The position numbers and the translations under genes were made by a program. From Patellaria atrata CBS 101060 (lineage: Eukaryota): DNA of 64,000 bases. The notes beneath the pieces were generated by a model that was not told the DNA's origin, made no database searches, and saw only the letters and a program-made list of their open reading frames with translations. Shown here in pieces: positions 38,441 through 50,832 of this stretch (position 1 is its first letter; each line of letters starts with the position of its first letter). The stretch spans positions 346,745-410,744 of the forward strand of contig MU006100.1 of NCBI GenBank assembly GCA_010093705.1. The letters run 5' to 3'.

Positions 38441-39312
38441 TGTGGAAAGTTTGTATCTTTTTATGACTGATGTGATGTTGCTGACGATAGGATTGCTCAG
38501 GATGTCGACGAAGGATTCAGACTGTGAGGAGATAAGAGTGATTGATGTGATGAGGGATGAGAAGTATGAAAAGGGGACCTGAGGGTTCCTTATATAGACA
38601 AGACATCAACTCAGCCATTACGGTCAACACCCATAAAGCCATAGACTCATCATTGGATATCCCGCTATAGCTAGCACATATCACAGCATGCACCCTACAA
38701 TGGAGCCAGCCTATACAGGAGGTTCTACCAATGAAAGTTTGAGTCCCTCACCGATAATCCCGAGGGGATAAAACCGAGCATCCTTTCCCGAGCGCCGTTC
38801 TGCAGGTGGGATTCAGTTGTTGACCCGTTGCTATCATTAGACGGGGGCTTTTAGCATCGGTGAACGCGGTAAAACACATATACGAAATGATTGATAATCT
38901 CATCCTGGACAACAAAGTTTAAACACAACGAGTACTGATTTTAGTTTGGACATAAGGCGCGGTGGTGTCGATTAGCAGAAGGAAAGGAGTTGACGTTAGG
39001 AAGAACGGTGTTCAGTGCTCGGGTGACTCAGAGCAAGGGAAGGAAGTGGCTTAAGCCAAAGGAAGAAAAGTCGGTTCCCCGAAAAGGAAATCGGCTTGAC
39101 CATATCTAGACACCTTGAGGTGGTTTTTTTGAAGCGCTTCACAGCCGCATTCATCGCGTACAACTGCGGCTTTTGAGGCAGCAATTTATCTATATCTTCA
39201 GTCCGTGCATCTACACGACTAAAATTCAGGAAAAAAAAAAAAAAAAACAATCACTGTCTGTCATAGGGTGTAAATCATTCACGGATTAGTTAGGTTCTAC
39301 TACCTTAGCATT

Positions 39313-39561
39313 TCTCGGATTGCTACGGTAGCTGAAAAGATGCATGCTTGATTCTTAAAGAGTGGTTCTATCTAGCTGTTATATACTACAGGTGTGTACT
39401 AAAAAGACGGAACAGTATGAAATCTGCGTCTTAGAAAATAACGAAAATAGTACCAACAGTAAGAACTAAAAGATAGTGCTGTATCAGATTAGTAACCCTG
39501 GTTATTCCGATACCATAGTCCGTGGCGAAATAAGCGAGCAGCACGTTAATCCTGGTTGCCG
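39313..39561 (-). repeat. 3' LTR of the copia element
   Basis: Direct repeat of 44847-45096, with about 12 substitutions and 1 indel over ~250 bp by hand count. Confidence 0.92.
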
Positions 39562-39563
39562 AT

Positions 39564-39896
39564 TGTCAGATATATGAATAGCTGATAGATTGAAGAATGT
39601 CGCTTGATTCTACAAATGAGAGCTGCAGAGAGCTGATTATATACAACAGTATTGTCCCAAGACGAACGTTCCGTAACAGACGGGACGGAGACATACTAAT
39701 CGTACTAAACACGACTAAGAGACGATGTTATCGTGTTTTCTATCTCTTTCGGTTAGACGATACAAAAGAGGGTAAGTGACCACGCTATGCTAGGGTCAGT
39801 GGTCGGCGATCAGCACGACCGATCAGAATAAAGGATGGGAGAAACACAACTGCCACCACTGCCACCACTACCACCACCAGGATATCTAGTCTGACA
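39564..39896. mobile_element. Nested solo LTR A (333 bp)
   Basis: Inverted termini TGTCAGA...TCTGACA, with a perfect TSD CCGAT at 39559-39563 and 39897-39901. Confidence 0.88.
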
Positions 39897-40456
39897 CCGA
39901 TACCCAAGTTGTTTAAGGAAGATCTGGTGTTTCTGAGGGTGAAGTATCTTAGTTGATCCGTCAGCTGGCATCTTTGCTGTAGGTTTCCAACCGATCTTTA
40001 TATTCCTTAATTGAACCTCTTGACGTAGCCAGTGCTGGTGTATATCTACGTGTCGAAGCTTGGTTGATAGTCTAGGTGTATCTGTCTGAAGGAGGCGTAT
40101 AGTTTGCAGATTATCACAAAGGATAGATATCTCGTGCTCTGGGTCAAAAGCTATTCGTTCAAAGAGTCTCTTCCACGAGATCAGCTCTCTAGCAGTCAGT
40201 AAGAGAGCAAGTAGCTCAGCTTCAGTGCTAGAGGTGGTGACTGTATTCTTCTTCGTAGCTTTCCAGTCAACAGCACCTCCAAACAGTAGGAACAAATACC
40301 CCTAAGAACTTTTTCTATCCGTAGTATCGTCAGCAAAGGAGGCGTCTGAAGCGCATTCTAAGATAGTAGTATTGACTCTGTTTGAATACTGCATAGTTAG
40401 GTATCTACAATCTACTAGATATCTGATCGTCTGCCTAGCGGCATCTATGTGCCGTT

Positions 40457-40620
40457 TGTAACAGGCTAGAGCCTAGTGGTATGAGCGCGCCCTGCATCCG
40501 AAGATCAGCCAGTAATATTTTCCTCAAACCTGCCTTCAGACTCTTCTCTTCTTCTTTATCTTGATTGTAGATAGCATCTGGACTAGATAGTTGGAACACA
40601 ATTACTAGAGGCCGCTCATA
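40457..40620. mobile_element. Nested solo LTR-like insertion B (164 bp) in copia pol
   Basis: Starts TGTAAC and has TSD CCGTT at 40452-40456 and 40621-40625. Removing it restores the pol reading FLTNPSERHIDAARQTIRYL. Confidence 0.85.
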
Positions 40621-42187
40621 CCGTTCTGACGGGTTAGTGAGAAATTTCGACAGGTCGGAGGCTGCTTTGGCTACTTCAGGCCGAGTGGCAACGCTGGCTT
40701 CTAAGCCTCAAGATCTCGTACTACACGGATGCCTAGGAAGTACTGGAGATCTCCAAGGTCTTTCATAGGATATCTAATCATCAAATTTGCTTTAAACTCC
40801 TCTAGTCGATCTGTATCTTCAGGAGAGTACTAGATCATCGACGTAGAAGAATACCGTGAGCCAGCTGTTAGAGTATAAGCAGTTGACTCCTGAGACCTCC
40901 GAGAGGCCCATCTCTTCGAGAGTAGCGGAGAGCAATTTCCACCAGAGTAAAGGGGATCTCTTCAGTTCATATAAGGCTCTCTTCAGTTTTATAACATGCT
41001 CAAGGCTGGAAAGCCATCTGGTGGGAGCAGTACACTTCTTCGTCAAGTATACTGTTCACGAATGCGTTCACCGCGTCTAGATGTGTAGCTTTCAAGCTAA
41101 AAGCAGCTGCAATCGATAGCAGGGTTCTCATAGTACGTAGGGCTAGAGTAGCAGCAAAGGTATCCAGTTGGGTGTGTTGTAGATCACCTCGTACGCAAAG
41201 CCTTGCTTTGAATTTATGGAGGAGTTCATTCTCATCAAATTTGTATGTGAACACCCGTCTTAGTGGCACTATTTCTACGCCAGGAGCTAGGTCGGATCTC
41301 CTAACCATTTCAAAGGTGCCCCTCTCTTTTAGCTCACTGTATTCACGGGTTGCTGCTGCAATCCACTGGTCTCTGGAGTTGTTTGAGAGCTTGCTTCCAG
41401 TGGTCCGGTGGAGCTGGTAGTTCAACATGACGAGAACGACCTGAGGACTTGAGCTCCTTTTTAATTGATGCTAAAAACGTCGCAAACATAGCGTCGTGAC
41501 TTCTTCTCGTGGTCATTCGAAGCTTAAGCTCTCTCCCGAACTATTCCTTGAGCTAGTTCTTGAGATAGCTGCTCCTCTGGAGCGTCAAAATAAGGTTCAC
41601 CTAGTGACTCAATAGGTGGCTGACCTGAAGAGCTGACCTCTGATGGTGGCTCTGTTCTGCTAGGGCTTTCATCTGGTGTAGTTCGTGGAGTAAGCATCTG
41701 TACTGGAGTTTCAATTTGGTTGTCCGTAGCTGGTGACTTAGTTAAGGAGGAGCCAGGGGCTGATCTAGGGGCTATTTTCTCCCCTTTTTGAGCAGGATAA
41801 TCATCCTCATCTAGGACAACCGGATACTCAGCTTGCATAGCCATTACTCTGAGTGCTGGGGGTATCTCCACAAGCTCAATCACCTCTTCAATGGCATCGC
41901 GTAGCACGTGTCCTATATCTAGAGCTTTGAGATCGTAGAACTCATTCTCAGTAAAACGTACGTCTCTGGAAGAGATCACTCTTTTTCGGATTGGAATCCA
42001 GATTCTGAAGATGTTTGACGAGTCGTATCCGACGAGATATCCAATATGGGCTCTAGGATCTATCTTATTAAGCTTTGGTATATTCTTATTCAGCACGTAG
42101 GCTTTGTAACCGTATACTTTCAGGTGGCTGAGGTTAGGTTTACGACCAGTCACCATCTCGAAAGGGGTCTTCCAGTTGAGCCGCTTC

Positions 42188-42802
42188 NNNNNNNNNNNNN
42201 NNNNNNNNNNNNNNNNNNNNNNNNNNNNNNNNNNNNNNNNNNNNNNNNNNNNNNNNNNNNNNNNNNNNNNNNNNNNNNNNNNNNNNNNNNNNNNNNNNNN
42301 NNNNNNNNNNNNNNNNNNNNNNNNNNNNNNNNNNNNNNNNNNNNNNNNNNNNNNNNNNNNNNNNNNNNNNNNNNNNNNNNNNNNNNNNNNNNNNNNNNNN
42401 NNNNNNNNNNNNNNNNNNNNNNNNNNNNNNNNNNNNNNNNNNNNNNNNNNNNNNNNNNNNNNNNNNNNNNNNNNNNNNNNNNNNNNNNNNNNNNNNNNNN
42501 NNNNNNNNNNNNNNNNNNNNNNNNNNNNNNNNNNNNNNNNNNNNNNNNNNNNNNNNNNNNNNNNNNNNNNNNNNNNNNNNNNNNNNNNNNNNNNNNNNNN
42601 NNNNNNNNNNNNNNNNNNNNNNNNNNNNNNNNNNNNNNNNNNNNNNNNNNNNNNNNNNNNNNNNNNNNNNNNNNNNNNNNNNNNNNNNNNNNNNNNNNNN
42701 NNNNNNNNNNNNNNNNNNNNNNNNNNNNNNNNNNNNNNNNNNNNNNNNNNNNNNNNNNNNNNNNNNNNNNNNNNNNNNNNNNNNNNNNNNNNNNNNNNNN
42801 NN
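42188..42802. other. Assembly gap (615 N)
   Basis: Run of N. Confidence 1.
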
Positions 42803-43095
42803 AATAAGATAGATCCTAGAGCCCATATTGGATATCTCGTCGGATACGACTCGTCAAACATCTTCAGAATCTGGATTCCAATCCGAAAAAGAGTGATCTC
42901 TTCCAGAGACGTACGTTTTACTGAGAATGAGTTCTACGATCTCAAAGCTCTAGATATAGGACACGTGCTACGCGATGCCATTGAAGAGGTGATTGAGCTT
43001 GTGGAGATACCCCCAGCACTCAGAGTAATGGCTATGCAAGCTGAGTATCCGGTTGTCCTAGATGAGGATGATTATCCTGCTCAAAAAGGGGAGAA
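42803..43095 (+). repeat. Inverted duplicate of 41777-42069 (copia integrase C-terminal region)
   Basis: 293-bp reverse complement. The identical peptide NKIDPRAHIGYLVGY...PAQKGE is read on both strands. Confidence 0.95.
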
Positions 43096-43668
43096 TATAG
43101 TGCCCGTCGATTAGCTTCACGTTATAGATAGGGGTCTCATTTTGGTTCTCTAGGACCCTCCGCGCATTGTGGAAGATGCCTCCTTTTTCTCCTCTACTCT
43201 GTGAGACAAGGGAGGTCTTGAAGCTGGATACTAGGTAGGCCTCTGTCAGGGTGATGTACGTTCTCTGGCCGCTAGGTCTAATAACTGGCACGTCGAATTC
43301 TCTAATCGCGTCAACTGGAAGTATGAAATCTCCAGCAATGAGTCGAGCATCTAGATCAACCCTCTTAATTCTGAAGATACTCGGATCATTGCAAACGTGT
43401 ATATTAGCTCCTCCGTCAAGCATAACAGATGCTGTAAATTTGTATGGTGTTGGATCTTCAAAGGCGGAGGCTATAAAGATAGCTCCAGGGTCATGGGAGG
43501 TGGTGGCATTAGAGGATGATCTATTATGTTGCTCCTTTCTTTGTCCTCCCTGGTGATCACTTTCTTCTCTAATCCTCCTTACTACATTCTTAATACTCTG
43601 TGGAGCGGCTTCAATCTTTCGTTCAACTTCTTGTTGCTTCTCTGTGGTCCAGTCTTCAGGCCTGGATA

Positions 43669-43841
43669 TGTCACGGGTTAGACCCGATAGGTATAAGTGC
43701 CTTAGATGATCCAGCGGCTTAATAATACTGTTCTGTAGCAGAACAGCATATGCTGTCTCAACACTTTCTTTCCTTAAGTTTAAGCTTCATGTACGTATAG
43801 CAATATACTTTTCAGCTTCCATCTGAGGTTGAGCCATAACA
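43669..43841. mobile_element. Nested solo LTR C (173 bp) in copia gag
   Basis: Termini TGTCAC...ATAACA with TSD GGATA/GGACA (4/5). Removing it restores the gag frame. Same family as 62374-62653, in the opposite orientation. Confidence 0.88.
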
Positions 43842-44835
43842 GGACACTCTTGGATGATTCACGTAACCGCAGTGTTCAAATCTATGAACCTTGCCACAGA
43901 AGCAGGGGTGTTTCTTCTTTATGGCCCCCTTATTAGATTTCCCCTCTGGTGTATGTTGCTCCCCTTGAAAACTGACGAAAGCTGATCCAGTAGCACGGCT
44001 GCTGTACTTGCTATCAGTCAGCTCCAGGGCTCGGGAGTGGATATCGAAAGCCTGGATTATATCTAGGACATCGTCAACTCCGGGCGGGGTAATTTCTTGC
44101 TCCCGTGCGACCTCTTCGTCAGTTTCTCGGGCAGCTGTGGTAGCCACAATCAGCTGCTGGTCTAGTAGCATCTCTCTTACTGATGCCCAGTATGGATCTA
44201 TCTTTTTGAGTGCTTCCAGTAGCTCATACTCAATCATGGAATTGTAGATGAGAGGAATCTTATAACGCACACATTCTCTATATGTTTTTCTAAAGTCAAC
44301 TAACCACCCTTGAATTCCTGTTTTGGTAATGGTGTTTCTATAGCCTCTAATCCGTTTCGTAAGTTCTAGGACGCGTGCTCTATCCGAAGGCTTGAGCCTC
44401 TTCTTAAGCTCAACTAGCCGGCCGTGAACAGTGTCTATATCTTCAATCAAATCTTGGTTGTGAGCGGCTATAGTCTTGATCATTAAGGTGGTTATTTTAT
44501 CTAGGCCGTCTAACTTCCTAAAATAGATGGTCTTTTCTCTTTTGTACTCCACGGTCTCTAAGTCCCCTTGGAGGGTGGGATGCTCCAAGGTTGGTGGCTC
44601 CGCAACGTCCGGATTAATATATTGCTATAGGTCGTATACTACCGCCTTCTTTCGGATAGTTGCAATCCACCGGTTCCAATCGTATGGGCTATCAAGAGAG
44701 ATAACCTTTGTGGAGATTGATTTTGAAGTCATGCCTGCAGCGGTGCGTTTCAAATATGACTAACTGTAATAGGTAGTGGGAGATAGAGGTTTAAAAGATA
44801 ACTCAGATATTATTTAAAAGGCTTAAAGGCAGGCC

Positions 44836-44846
44836 GGGCTTATAAC
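44836..44846 (-). other. Primer-binding site of the copia element
   Basis: GTTATAAGCCC lies immediately inside the 5' LTR. It is one transition from the GTTATGAGCCC half-tRNAi-Met PBS of Ty5-type elements. Confidence 0.75.
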
Positions 44847-45096
44847 TGTCGGAATGCTGCGGTAGTTGAAAAGATGCATGCTTGATTCTTAAAGAGTGGT
44901 TCTATCTTGCTGTTATGTACTGCAAATGTGTACTAAAAAGGACGGAACAGTATGAAATCTGCGTCTTAGAAAATAACGAAAATAGTACCAACAGTAAGAA
45001 CTAAAAGATAGTGCTGTATCAGATTAGTAACCCTGGTTATTCCGATACCATAGTCCGTGGCGAAATAAGCGAGCAACACGTCAATCCTGGTTGCCA
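44847..45096 (-). repeat. 5' LTR of the copia element
   Basis: Termini TG...CA, repeat of 39313-39561, adjacent to the PBS. Confidence 0.92.
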
Positions 45097-45382
45097 GTAC
45101 TCTAAACAGCTTTTAACCTCGGAATCGGCCATCTAGATATGACTCTGGTCAGGATCACTTCGGTACTATCAATAGATTACCAGTTCACAGTTGTAGGCCG
45201 GATGGAAATCCTTCCGCAGGATGCGCAGCATCTGTCTTCCCGGTACTTATTGTTCACATCTAGGTGTGTAGCGTGTATATTTCCAGTACATGTTGTTGTT
45301 CAAATCTAGATCTACTGTACTGTACAGCCAGGCATCCATATCCACGAAGCCACTACCACCCCCCAATTTACCGCTCACTCAG

Positions 45383-46868
45383 TTAACCGGGGAATGGATA
45401 TGTCGCAGGACTCTTGTATCCATTGATCCCCACAGCCCTAATGCCGAATATTACATTATCCTTGCTCAATGAAACTGTGACAGTCCCCACGTTGCCGACG
45501 AAAAGTGAGTGAGTCCACAGCGGCGCTGTAGTACTTCTCCAGACCAACTCGTAACCGGCTACGTCGGTGGAGTCGCTCTTGACCCAAGAGAATTGACTGT
45601 CATTACCCAGGAGAGACGCGTTAACCGTTACGTTTTGGACTTTTCCTGGAGCATTTGCGAGAGACCAGAAGGTAACCAAGTTAACTTTGGCAACCCTTGC
45701 CACGTACTCATAATCCACAAATTCTGGAAGATCTCCGTACTGGGTGCCATCTTCAACTCGAATGTTTTGATGCTGGTGATCGAAATTCTCATTTGGTTCA
45801 GTAAACCTGATAGCCGCGTAACCCTGTTGCAGAAAGGCCGAATGATCCCCTCCTCGTAGAAATCTGTCGAGACGATAGATCACAGCTATGTTCATCTCCG
45901 TAGCATCATTCGCAGCAACCTCAACCGCAAAACGGCCAAGTTCTCTCGCTGGTGAATCATTTTCTCCACCAATCTGCAGCCGCTGAGAGGCTCTTTGCGT
46001 TGTCTCAGTTAAAGGTGGTCCTTGAGCAAACAAACGGATAGTATAGGGCTCTCTTTGCCCTCTATCACCAGTCGAGCTTCCTATGATGTCATTGCTAACC
46101 ATACCTTCTACGTTAGTGCTTGAGTTCCTGTACGTCTGAGCTAAGAATGCTGCTCCGTAAAGACCCTGCTCTTCTCCAGCAACCGCACCGAAAACCATTG
46201 TCGCTCTCGGTTTCCTTGTTGCCACTATACGTGCAAGCTCCATAGAGACTAGGACCTGTTAGCACGGCAAAGCCTAAACAAAGAAGAGCAATACCTGCTA
46301 CACCCGAAGCATCATCATTCGCACCCGGAGCGTCGTCTTCGTAATTCATCACATCGGTAACTCTACTGTCATAGTGTCCAGTAATAACATATACTCTTCC
46401 TGGGTCGGTGGTACCCTCAACCGTAGCAAGGACGTTGCTAATGAGCACTGGAAACGAAATCCTATTTGCAATTCCCTGTACATAACCCGGAACAGTGACC
46501 TTCATGCGTCCCTCGGATTCGGCAGCATATTTGCGCATTTCGGATGCTATCCAGTCCCGCGCCGCACCAATACCTCGTGTGGTACTGTTCTGGGTAGATA
46601 ACGTGTGCCGTGTCCCGAATGAAACCAGTTTTGCAATGATAGCTTTGATACGCTCTGGATCTATTTCATTGATCATCTCCCGTAACTCATCATCTGGAGC
46701 TTGTGGCACCAGTTCCTCTCCAACATCTGAAGGTGGCCATGCTGCGTTCGCACAATCCGTGTAAGTTGAGTCGTTCGCCGCAATTGGGGCTGGGAGATCC
46801 CGCGGAAAAAATATCTCATTCGCCCAGATAGGCACAATCGCAAGGCCAAGTAATAACCAAGTACGCAT
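45383..46868 (-). CDS. Secreted M28 family zinc peptidase
   Basis: Exons 46868-46295 and 46248-45383. Signal peptide, then [34 protein letters not shown] and HQH. Confidence 0.92.
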
Positions 46869-48162
46869 TTTCTTTTTTTAAATTTGCTGTTGCTGATATG
46901 GTACTCTCAGTAGTATCATGGTCGCTGCTGGATTATATATTCTCTGCAGGTACATGATACCAAGTTAGAGAGAATCCTGGTATTCACTTAGGGACTTTCT
47001 ATATCAGAATATCGTCATTATTTTACCCCTCAGCATAATGTCATGCTTGGAGGAGTACTCGCGCCGCACTGGTATCCGTTGAGATCTTGCATATTAATGC
47101 TTGTACGAAGTTAATATGTGGTTCGTAGACAATATGAGGGGACGATAGCTTGCTACTCGGTTAGGAAGGTCGATATGTGTGCATATCTTTAATTACCGGG
47201 TACGTGTCACTACTACATTTCGATTAGTCCCAAGATATTATAAGTCAGCACACAAGACTTCCTAAGATCAGAATTAACCAGTTACCCACCTTTAAATCAC
47301 TGGACGCTTAGTATTGCTTCGTGCAAAGTGCACACTCCTTTAAAAGCTGTTTCCCTGTCCGTTCTATTGAGTTCAGTTGGTGAGAAAGGACTTAGGAGGT
47401 ATGAAGAACTGTCTGTACGGAATCGCGTGTACATTTTGAACCTTAGTGCAAGTAGCTGTATCCAAAAAAAAGACTTGATGAGAACTCATTCCAAAATTTG
47501 GTGGAAAGATACAGTAGTAACTCACGTCTAGCAGAACGCATAGAATATCATCGTTTGCTAGACGTTCAAACAAGTCGATGTCAAACCTATACTACCATCT
47601 CTACACTACAAAGTAGGCTAGTCTCGTGGACGGATGTAGATATTTCCAAATGATTATCTGATGAGAGGCCAACGATTTCGGCTCGATTCGGAGCCGTCAA
47701 ACCTACTAAGGCATACCTCGACTAGAGAAAGCTTCGATTCCGTTAAGGATTGATGCTCTAATGCCTATATTAACTACACCGTTCGATGTCAGGAAGACTT
47801 CCATGGACCAGAGCTGTTATGTTCTCATGCTATCAATGCACTTTTGGGCTTCAGAGTGAATATATCCCCCAGGTATCCAACCCTGGAAATCAAAGCGATA
47901 TTGTGATGGGATATCTTGAGGAAACTATGGAAATAGTCAAGATTCATACCGCAACATCGAATGTGATATATTTGCCATGGCTGTTTATTCCAAAAGTGCT
48001 TGTCACACTGCGCCCTGCTGTGTCACCATCTTCGCGGGAAATCCCATAATTTTTCTCTTCAATCCACACTTTCATTCTCCGATAAAAAATAAGGCCACGA
48101 TGACCAAGCTCGAGAGTATTCATTGAACCGTGTCGTCTCAATACAGCGGACCACTAACACTT

Positions 48163-49409
48163 ATGACAAATGCTAGCACACTTGGATCCGTCGTAGATCG
48201 TTTTAGACCCGATCTTGCTCCATTCGAAAACTTCTACCGCTGCCTTCATCAGCACCCCGAACTTTCGACCAAGGAGTCTCGCACGGCATCGGCCGTCGCT
48301 GCAAAACTTAGAAGCATTGGCATTCCCGAAGTCCTGAAACCATCGGAGGATACGGCCTTGTCGCTGTTTTCAACAATGGGCCGGGAAAAACTGTTCTCAT
48401 TCGCTCCGAGCTAGATGCTCTTCCAGTCTGCGAGAAATCCGATGGACTACATGCTAGTAAAGTTCGGATGACAGATGCCTGAGGTACTGAGAGGCCAGTC
48501 ATGCGTGCTTGCGCTCATGACATGCACATCACTTGTATTCTAGCAGCTTCTGCACTCCTTCTCTCTTCTAAAGATGAGTGGTCCGGCACACTCTTGGTTC
48601 TGTTTCAACCAAACGAGGAGTATCTAGGTGATGCCCAAGTCAAGATTAAGGATGGCCTCTACGATAAGGTGCCAGTCCTTGATGTTGTTTTAGACCAACA
48701 TATTGTCCCCTTGAAATCAGGACACTCGCTCTTTCTACGGGACCAATCCTCGCTGCTGCCGATAGCATCGATATCCGGATTAACAGCAGCGGCCCTGGAG
48801 TAAATCCACAAGATAATATGGAACCTACCCTCATCGCCGCTCACGTCTTGGTACATCTGCATACGATGGATATCGATGCGAAGGAAATGGTGGTTCTTGA
48901 ATGCCGCCAACTCCACAGCGGATGACCAGGAGCAGACTTCAGGCCGTATGTCGATTTGAACGTCGATATCAAGACCTACAATCCCCCCGTCAGAGAAAAG
49001 ACTCTGAGTATATTACAAGGTTCGTAGAGGCGGAGTGTTCGGCTTCTAGCATCAGTGACAAACCAGAAATTAAGCAAAGGGTGAGAGCGCCCCTGACTAG
49101 CTCTACACCAAAGTTGGTTCACAAAGTCCGGGACGCGTTTTCTACTCATCTGAAAGCCACTTTGGTTGAGCAGAAACCGTTAACATCTTGCGAGGATTTC
49201 TCCATACTTGCAACATCAATGGTCTACCATATGCTTATTGGACTGTTGGTGGTATCGACACTGAACTCTGAGATATGGCACAAAAGAGCTATACTCCCGA
49301 AGCGTTGATTCCCAATAACCATTCACCTTATTTTACTCCTGTGATATAGCCGACCATACTGATTGGGATGGATGCAATGGCGTTAGCGGTTCTGACATTT
49401 CTGAGTTAA
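48163..49409 (+). pseudogene. M20 amidohydrolase (hippurate hydrolase-like) pseudogene
   Basis: Motifs LHQHPELS, GPGKTVLIRSELDALPV, MRACAHDMH, FQPNEE, SCEDFS and NHSPYF are spread over different frames. Frameshift near 48335, in-frame stop at 48480, and further lesions downstream. Confidence 0.88.
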
Positions 49410-49921
49410 AAGATATGAATCGTCATAGCGGTTTTTGCGAATGAAATCAACACACCATAGATAGCCAAATAATAGTTCTGATGGAGGTGCGAGAGAATTT
49501 CAAGTGTGTCAATATTAACTTCGTGTATCGAAATTGATAGAACGAGTCCAAACTTGCATGTATACTAGAAGCGTGGTATCTGATGTTGCAAGACCGGATC
49601 AGCGAGATGCGTATACCGTCAAATATAATGTTTATGATCCTTGAATACTCTTTAGAGCGGTAGTAAGATAATAACAACTCATGCAATAGAAAACGAGAAG
49701 AAACAATAGTCCAAGGGAGAGTTCAAATTCCTGGACATGAACCAATGCCAAGGCTGACATTTATCGATAAGAAAATCAGAACACAGTTGAAACTCTTCAC
49801 CATATCAAGCCTAAATTTGAGAGGAGCTTGTACACATCTGCCCTACGCTACAACTATTAAACATACGATCAATTTTCCCCTCGCTCTTTCGTCCTTACTC
49901 CAGGTGTGATATTCGGCAACT

Positions 49922-50832
49922 ATGGTATTCTACCTTCCCCTATATTTCAAAACTGCTGGCTCACATACCTAGAACGTCCTCTTCAACTCAGCTCTCCGGC
50001 AATCAAGCGCCATACGCCGTGACCTAGATGCCTTCGCAGAATCTTCGACCTCCTCTCCCGCACTGCTAGGTAAGTTCTATCAGCTATCGTCCGTTACTAT
50101 GTAAATCGTCTATAAACACGCCATCAGGCCAAATCAACGCCTCGCTCACCTCCTTTAACCGCACCATTGACGACTACAACAAGCTCGCAAAGCAAGAACT
50201 CGTTCCCGAAAAGCAACGAAAAGCGCAAGAGCGCGTAAAGACCTTCCGTACAGAACTAGCCGATTATCGCGACCACTTCTCACGGTTAAAGCAGGAGACC
50301 GAGGCACGGGTATTACTCCTTTATCCTTCCCCTATTCTCCTTCCAAATACGCAATATGAGACCTGAGACCTGATGAACCCAGCAACACACTCAACAACAC
50401 GCTGAACTCCTCGGCCGTCGTCCCCACCACACTTCCACCCCGGAAAATCCATACTCGCGCCCCAACCCGTCTTCCACTTACACCTCCCCTTTCGGCCAGG
50501 GCCCAGGTTCCGAGTCTGTATTTGGGACTTCCCCAGCAGATGCAACCCGAGAATCGCACGCACTCCGCGAACAATCCTTCTTCTCCCGTACCAACGCGCA
50601 ACTAGACGAGTACCTAGACCGGGGGCGTGCGGTATTAGGGGACCTGGGAGAACAGAGGGAGATGCTGAAGGGGACACAGAAGACGCTTTATAACGCGGCG
50701 AATACACTGGGGATCAGTGGAGATACGATTAGGATGGTGGAGAGAAGGGCGAGGCAGGATAAATGGATTTTTTTTGTTGGTGTGATCGTGTTTTTCTTGT
50801 TTTGTTACCTGGTGTTGAAATGGCTGAGGTGA
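49922..50832 (+). CDS. BOS1: ER-Golgi Qb-SNARE Bos1/membrin
   Basis: Exons 49922-49924 (ATG only), 49973-50069, 50128-50309, 50383-50832. Reads MNVLFNSALRQ, ELLGRRPHHTSTPENPY, a SNARE helix (LDEYLDRG..VL.DL.EQREMLKG), RRARQDKWIF and a C-terminal TM. Not in the ORF track. Confidence 0.92.

Larger units (their letters stand above)
39313..45096 (-). mobile_element. Decayed Ty1/copia LTR retrotransposon
   Basis: Paired LTRs. gag from ATG 44732 with a CFCG..H....C knuckle, then protease (LDGGANIHVCN), integrase C-terminus (KTPFE..G.KP.LSHL; GYLVGY), RT (FKARLCVRGD, FYVDD) and RNase H (SSTEAE, KLRHVDI..HWLRQ). Multiple stops, frameshifts and deletions. Confidence 0.95.

Noticed and set aside
42046..43114. 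Long ORFs in the track spanning the N run
   Set aside because: Artefacts of translating N as X.
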